A DNA stretch of 50,005 nucleotides from a virus. Its lineage: Duplodnaviria > Caudoviricetes. The DNA lies in the IMG/VR virus record IMGVR_UViG_3300028610_000159, positions 1 through 50,005 of that record. One strand, 5' to 3'. The translations under genes and the position numbers were made by a program. This document shows positions 46,617-50,005 of the stretch, piece after piece; positions within the stretch are counted from its first letter, which is position 1; every line of letters begins with the position of its first letter. The notes under the pieces were generated by a model that saw only the letters and a list, made by a program, of their open reading frames with translations, did no database searches and was not told where the DNA came from.

Positions 46617-47113
46617 AATACCCCAAACCAATAATAATGCTCGCTGCACTGATAATTACGTTTGCGATAGGTTTTTATGCAGGACTCATCACACCTTCCT
46701 CCGAGGCCGGGGACGTTGTTCAGGCGTCCTCGCGCCTTTATACTTTTTTTGATTTACTGGATGCTATCGAGCAGGTGGAATCAAGAGGAAATCCCAATGC
46801 AATCGGTCCCGATGGTGAGGTAGGTAGTTTTCAGATCAAGTTGATTTATCTTTGTGATGTTAATTGGATAATAGGTGACGGGCGATACGAACACCTAGAC
46901 AGGCTCAGTCCTGTTCTCAGTAGGGAAATGGTCAAGATATATTTGAAATACTGGTATCGCCGACATTGCGATCCTCCGACGCTTCATATTGAATCAGGTA
47001 GTATTGGAGTATGGGAGCCTTACGCCCGTATTCACAACGGTGGACCGAATGGTTACAAAAAAGAATCAACGAAATCTTACTGGCTGAAAGTCAAAGCAGA
47101 ATTGGAGAAATAA
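46613..47113 (+). CDS. Lysozyme-superfamily muramidase with N-terminal TM/signal anchor
   Basis: AIEQVESRGNPNAIG..GSFQI...ARIHNGGPNG. Confidence 0.82.
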   Translation: MKYPKPIIMLAALIITFAIGFYAGLITPSSEAGDVVQASSRLYTFFDLLDAIEQVESRGNPNAIGPDGEVGSFQIKLIYLCDVNWIIGDGRYEHLDRLSPVLSREMVKIYLKYWYRRHCDPPTLHIESGSIGVWEPYARIHNGGPNGYKKESTKSYWLKVKAELEK

Positions 47114-47472
47114 TGAAAGCCTTGAAACACATTCAAAAGAAACTCAGGAAGGCCAGAGGCACTGTTATACAGGCTGGGGATGATGGCTTTGCGGTTTCGT
47201 TCCCCTGCTTTAATGTTACTCTGGAGTGTATTGTTAGCTGGGGGGATGGTTGGGAACACGCTTCCATTAAGGTTCGCACAGCCGAACAGAAAACTTTAAC
47301 GCCAAACTGGGAACAAATGTGTTTTGCGAAGAGAATGTTTTTCAAAGATTCAGAATGTGTTGTTCAATTTCATCCGGCAAAGCAAGATTACGTGAATAAC
47401 CATCCAGATGTACTACACTTGTGGCGTTGCATTGAAACCCCGTTTATTATGCCCCCGAAAATTATGGTTTGA
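47113..47472 (+). CDS. Conserved phage protein (WEH/FHP/LHLW family)
   Basis: GWEHASI..PNWEQMC..K..FF...QFHP...YVNNHP.VLHLW. Confidence 0.75.
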   Translation: MKALKHIQKKLRKARGTVIQAGDDGFAVSFPCFNVTLECIVSWGDGWEHASIKVRTAEQKTLTPNWEQMCFAKRMFFKDSECVVQFHPAKQDYVNNHPDVLHLWRCIETPFIMPPKIMV

Positions 47473-47484
47473 ATTGGAGAAATA

Positions 47485-47973
47485 ATGGAAACTAAATTAC
47501 AGCAGATTGAGCGGTTGAAAGATAATAGGATTCCTTGGAAATGGCTTCCCATCCAAGACAAAGAAGTGTTCCGGTCATTGGTTAAAAAGGAAAACACTGT
47601 TTATATGTCCGGCAGAGACAGTTGGGATAAATGTAATCCCCATGATTGGTCTTTTTCAGTTGTCTACCGCATCCACCGCGACTACCAGCCTGACAAGCCT
47701 GTATTTCCGGGATATGAGCTGTGTGAGGTGAAGCCTGACGAAGACGGCAACGGGCATCTCAGGTTCTGGAAAGATGAGCTTTGGCATGTTCTTGATTGCG
47801 CCCCTCGTTACGGCCGTGCAGAGTATGTGTTTATGGAAATACCGGGCGAAAGATTCAAAAGTCCAATCATGTTTATTAAACTTACTAATTTTGATTGCTA
47901 CGTTCCCGCTACTCTTGCCTACGTAGCTTTAAGGAGACCAAGGAATGAAATGCGAACAAAACTGTTGCTGTGA
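47485..47973 (+). CDS. Hypothetical protein
   Basis: GGAG RBS. Confidence 0.6.
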   Translation: METKLQQIERLKDNRIPWKWLPIQDKEVFRSLVKKENTVYMSGRDSWDKCNPHDWSFSVVYRIHRDYQPDKPVFPGYELCEVKPDEDGNGHLRFWKDELWHVLDCAPRYGRAEYVFMEIPGERFKSPIMFIKLTNFDCYVPATLAYVALRRPRNEMRTKLLL

Positions 47974-48178
47974 ATTTCCAGAGTCAGAAGCGGTGACTTG
48001 CGAGCTTTGCCAAGAACCGAATTGCGGAGGCAAGGACTGTAATATACCAAATTGGCGAGGTATGGACTGGAACGTATGTACGGCCTGTGATGGGGATAAG
48101 GATAAGGTGATCGAGAGGTTGCTTGACGAAATCCAAAAGTTGCAGGAAGAAAACCGATCTTTGAGGAATTCGTTTTAG
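47945..48178 (+). CDS. Cys-rich hypothetical protein
   Basis: Several Cys pairs and a C-terminal coiled coil. Confidence 0.5.
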   Translation: MKCEQNCCCEFPESEAVTCELCQEPNCGGKDCNIPNWRGMDWNVCTACDGDKDKVIERLLDEIQKLQEENRSLRNSF

Positions 48179-48181
48179 GGA

Positions 48182-48451
48182 GTGAAGATAATGGGAACAG
48201 CAACGAAGTTAAAGTGTGGATGTGTGCCAGATGCCTCCGGTTTTGGATATTGCCCTGAATGTACTAGAAAGCTAAGGCAGAAGATATGGAACAAGATGTC
48301 TGCTAAAGAGAAACGGTATGACCGACAATTTGCCCCTGAACAAAGTAGAGAGTTGGATGATGGGATGCCAGAGGAATATAATACTTGTTGTTCGTGCCAC
48401 ATAGATGCTCCGTGTAGTTATTGCATGGCGAAAGGCGAAGACGATGAATAA
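48182..48451 (+). CDS. Cys-rich hypothetical protein
   Basis: CCSCHIDAPCSYC motif. Confidence 0.6.
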   Translation: MKIMGTATKLKCGCVPDASGFGYCPECTRKLRQKIWNKMSAKEKRYDRQFAPEQSRELDDGMPEEYNTCCSCHIDAPCSYCMAKGEDDE

Positions 48452-48665
48452 GGAACTTCAAGATTTTGCCAGAAAAAGGCTTAAAGAGGGCTTGTTGTTG
48501 GTGACTGAAGGAAACAGGTTACGATTCAAACGTATGTATTCGCACACAGATATTGGATTGCCGATAAACGACATTGTGGACTCTATGACAGATGATAGTT
48601 TGGATTTAGCAATGAGACAGGTTAAGAATACCCTCGAGAAAATCACAGAAAAGGGAGCCAAATGA
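48444..48665 (+). CDS. Hypothetical phage protein
   Basis: FKRMYSH...LDLAMRQVKNT. Confidence 0.65.
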   Translation: MNKELQDFARKRLKEGLLLVTEGNRLRFKRMYSHTDIGLPINDIVDSMTDDSLDLAMRQVKNTLEKITEKGAK

Positions 48666-49285
48666 AAATCCACGATTGCATACAAGGCTCTCCAGAGTGG
48701 CATCTTCTCAGGCTGGGTATGGTGACAGGCTCACGCTTCAAAGACGCACAGGCTCAAAATAGGCAGAAAACCGGACCCGGCGAAACCAGTATAAAGTATA
48801 TGGCTGAGTTGATTGCGGAGAGAATAAAACTCGAACCCGCCGAATCCTATACAAGTGAGGCGATGCAGTGGGGAACAGCGACCGAATCAGAAGCCCGTAT
48901 GCACTATCAAGAGGCTACAGATAACATTGTTACCCAAGTTGGCTTTGTGCAGCGTGACGAGTACGTGGGGTGCTCTCCTGACGGTTTGGTAGGTAGTGAT
49001 GGTATGGTGGAAATCAAATGCCCAAATTCCGCCACGCATCTGAAATATGTTATGATTGGTGGACTTCCGCGTGACTATGAAGTTCAGGTACAAGGGAATC
49101 TATGGGTCTGTGAAAGACAATGGTGTGATTTTGTTTCATACGACCCGCGACTTGAACATAGCTTTTATTACAAATTCCGGGTTGAACGTGACGACGAATA
49201 CATCGCGAAACTTGAAAGCAAGATTGATATGTTCGTAACTGAAATGCAGAAAGAACTTGAAAAATTAACATTTAGTCCCTTTTAG
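48662..49285 (+). CDS. YqaJ/lambda-exonuclease family protein
   Basis: QGSPEWHLLRLG..TGS...AMQWGT..E...GCSPDGLV...EIKCP...QVQGNLWV. Confidence 0.95.
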   Translation: MKIHDCIQGSPEWHLLRLGMVTGSRFKDAQAQNRQKTGPGETSIKYMAELIAERIKLEPAESYTSEAMQWGTATESEARMHYQEATDNIVTQVGFVQRDEYVGCSPDGLVGSDGMVEIKCPNSATHLKYVMIGGLPRDYEVQVQGNLWVCERQWCDFVSYDPRLEHSFYYKFRVERDDEYIAKLESKIDMFVTEMQKELEKLTFSPF

Positions 49286-49294
49286 GAGATAACC

Positions 49295-50005
49295 GTGAAA
49301 AACGAAATCCAAACAACAGAACAACAATCGCCAAACGAGATGATTCGACTAGCAATTGAAAACAACGCCGATTTGGATAAGCTGGAAAAATTGCTGGAAT
49401 TGGCAGAACGGTACGACGCCAGCCAAGCCAAGAAAGTTTATGCCTCTGATTTTGCTGTTGTTCAATCGAACATAGAGGCTGTTCTGAAAGCAAAATACAA
49501 CTCGCAAACGAAAAGCAATTACGCTGGACTTGATAGCGTTTTGGAGATAGCAAAGCCAGCGTATACCGAGCAAGGGTTTTCTGTTATTTTCTATGAGGGC
49601 AAGGCAGATAGTGAGGGAGACGTGCGAGTTTGCGCTGATGTTTTACACAAAGACGGACACAAGAATACATATCACCTTGACGTTCCGTTAGGCGGAGTCG
49701 GAATAAAAGGCAATGTTAATATGACCAAAATACACGCCAAAGCCACTTCCATTACTTACGGTAGAAGATACTTGCTCTGTATGATATGGAACATCCCAAC
49801 GCAGGACGACGACGGCAAAGGCGACGATCCGGAGCCGATTAAATTTCCTCCACCATCAGAAGAAGAAATGCAGACTATCGCTGAGATTTGTGCTTTGATG
49901 AAACCTGATCCGGGCTTAATGGTTGACCCCGTTTTGGCTGCGAAGGTTTTTTATGCCAATAGAAAAGAATATCCCCCTTCTGACTGCGATAAGTTGAAGG
50001 CGGCA
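49295..50005 (+). CDS. erf: ERF-family ssDNA-annealing protein, N-terminal part; continues across the junction to nt 355 (about 309 aa in total)
   Basis: AGGAG RBS and GTG start; MKNEIQ...DLDKLEKLLEL...SNYAGLDSV...ATSITYGRRYLLCMIWNIPTQDDDG (ERF TYxRRY...DDDG motif); follows the exonuclease; in frame with ORF 26..355. Confidence 0.88.
   Translation, partial: MKNEIQTTEQQSPNEMIRLAIENNADLDKLEKLLELAERYDASQAKKVYASDFAVVQSNIEAVLKAKYNSQTKSNYAGLDSVLEIAKPAYTEQGFSVIFYEGKADSEGDVRVCADVLHKDGHKNTYHLDVPLGGVGIKGNVNMTKIHAKATSITYGRRYLLCMIWNIPTQDDDGKGDDPEPIKFPPPSEEEMQTIAEICALMKPDPGLMVDPVLAAKVFYANRKEYPPSDCDKLKAA
49870..50005. repeat. Terminal direct repeat, right copy
   Basis: Identical to 1-136; the ERF reading frame runs through the join. 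Confidence 0.97.

Noticed and set aside
1-50005. Alternative genetic code or stop-codon recoding
   Set aside because: Standard-code ORFs tile the genome with tight TAATG/ATGA coupling, and all three stops end genes.

Overview
The window looks like one complete, circularly assembled podovirus-type dsDNA phage genome of 49,869 bp, because nt 1-136 repeat exactly at 49870-50005. The early/middle block carries a YqaJ exonuclease-ERF-NinB-like-SSB recombination module across the junction, ASCH, YopX, two HNH nucleases, KTSC, a DUF1376-type replication initiator, a two-frame C5 DNA methyltransferase and a radical SAM protein. A short leftward operon follows. The virion block is BPP-1/T7-like: TerS, TerL, portal, scaffold, MCP, Bbp16-like cement, adaptor, nozzle, fibres and ejection proteins. 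I see no integrase, CI repressor, DNA/RNA polymerase, helicase, RT, canonical tRNA or CRISPR array. The SSB and signal-peptide style suggest a Planctomycetota-like host (inference from recalled similarity, not a search). Standout observations: (1) eight tail/fibre genes, including the conserved nozzle, begin with Sec-type signal peptides, whereas head, portal, adaptor and ejection proteins do not; (2) five leaders unrelated in sequence share one architecture: ATG, segment A, then a hairpin whose loop carries anti-A; (3) a C/AYAC internal-loop motif occurs three times in the capsid leader; (4) the methyltransferase is split over two overlapping frames; (5) a circularly permuted GHKL ATPase; (6) several micro-ORFs missing from the ORF track. 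All calls come from reading the sequence by eye; no database searches were run.
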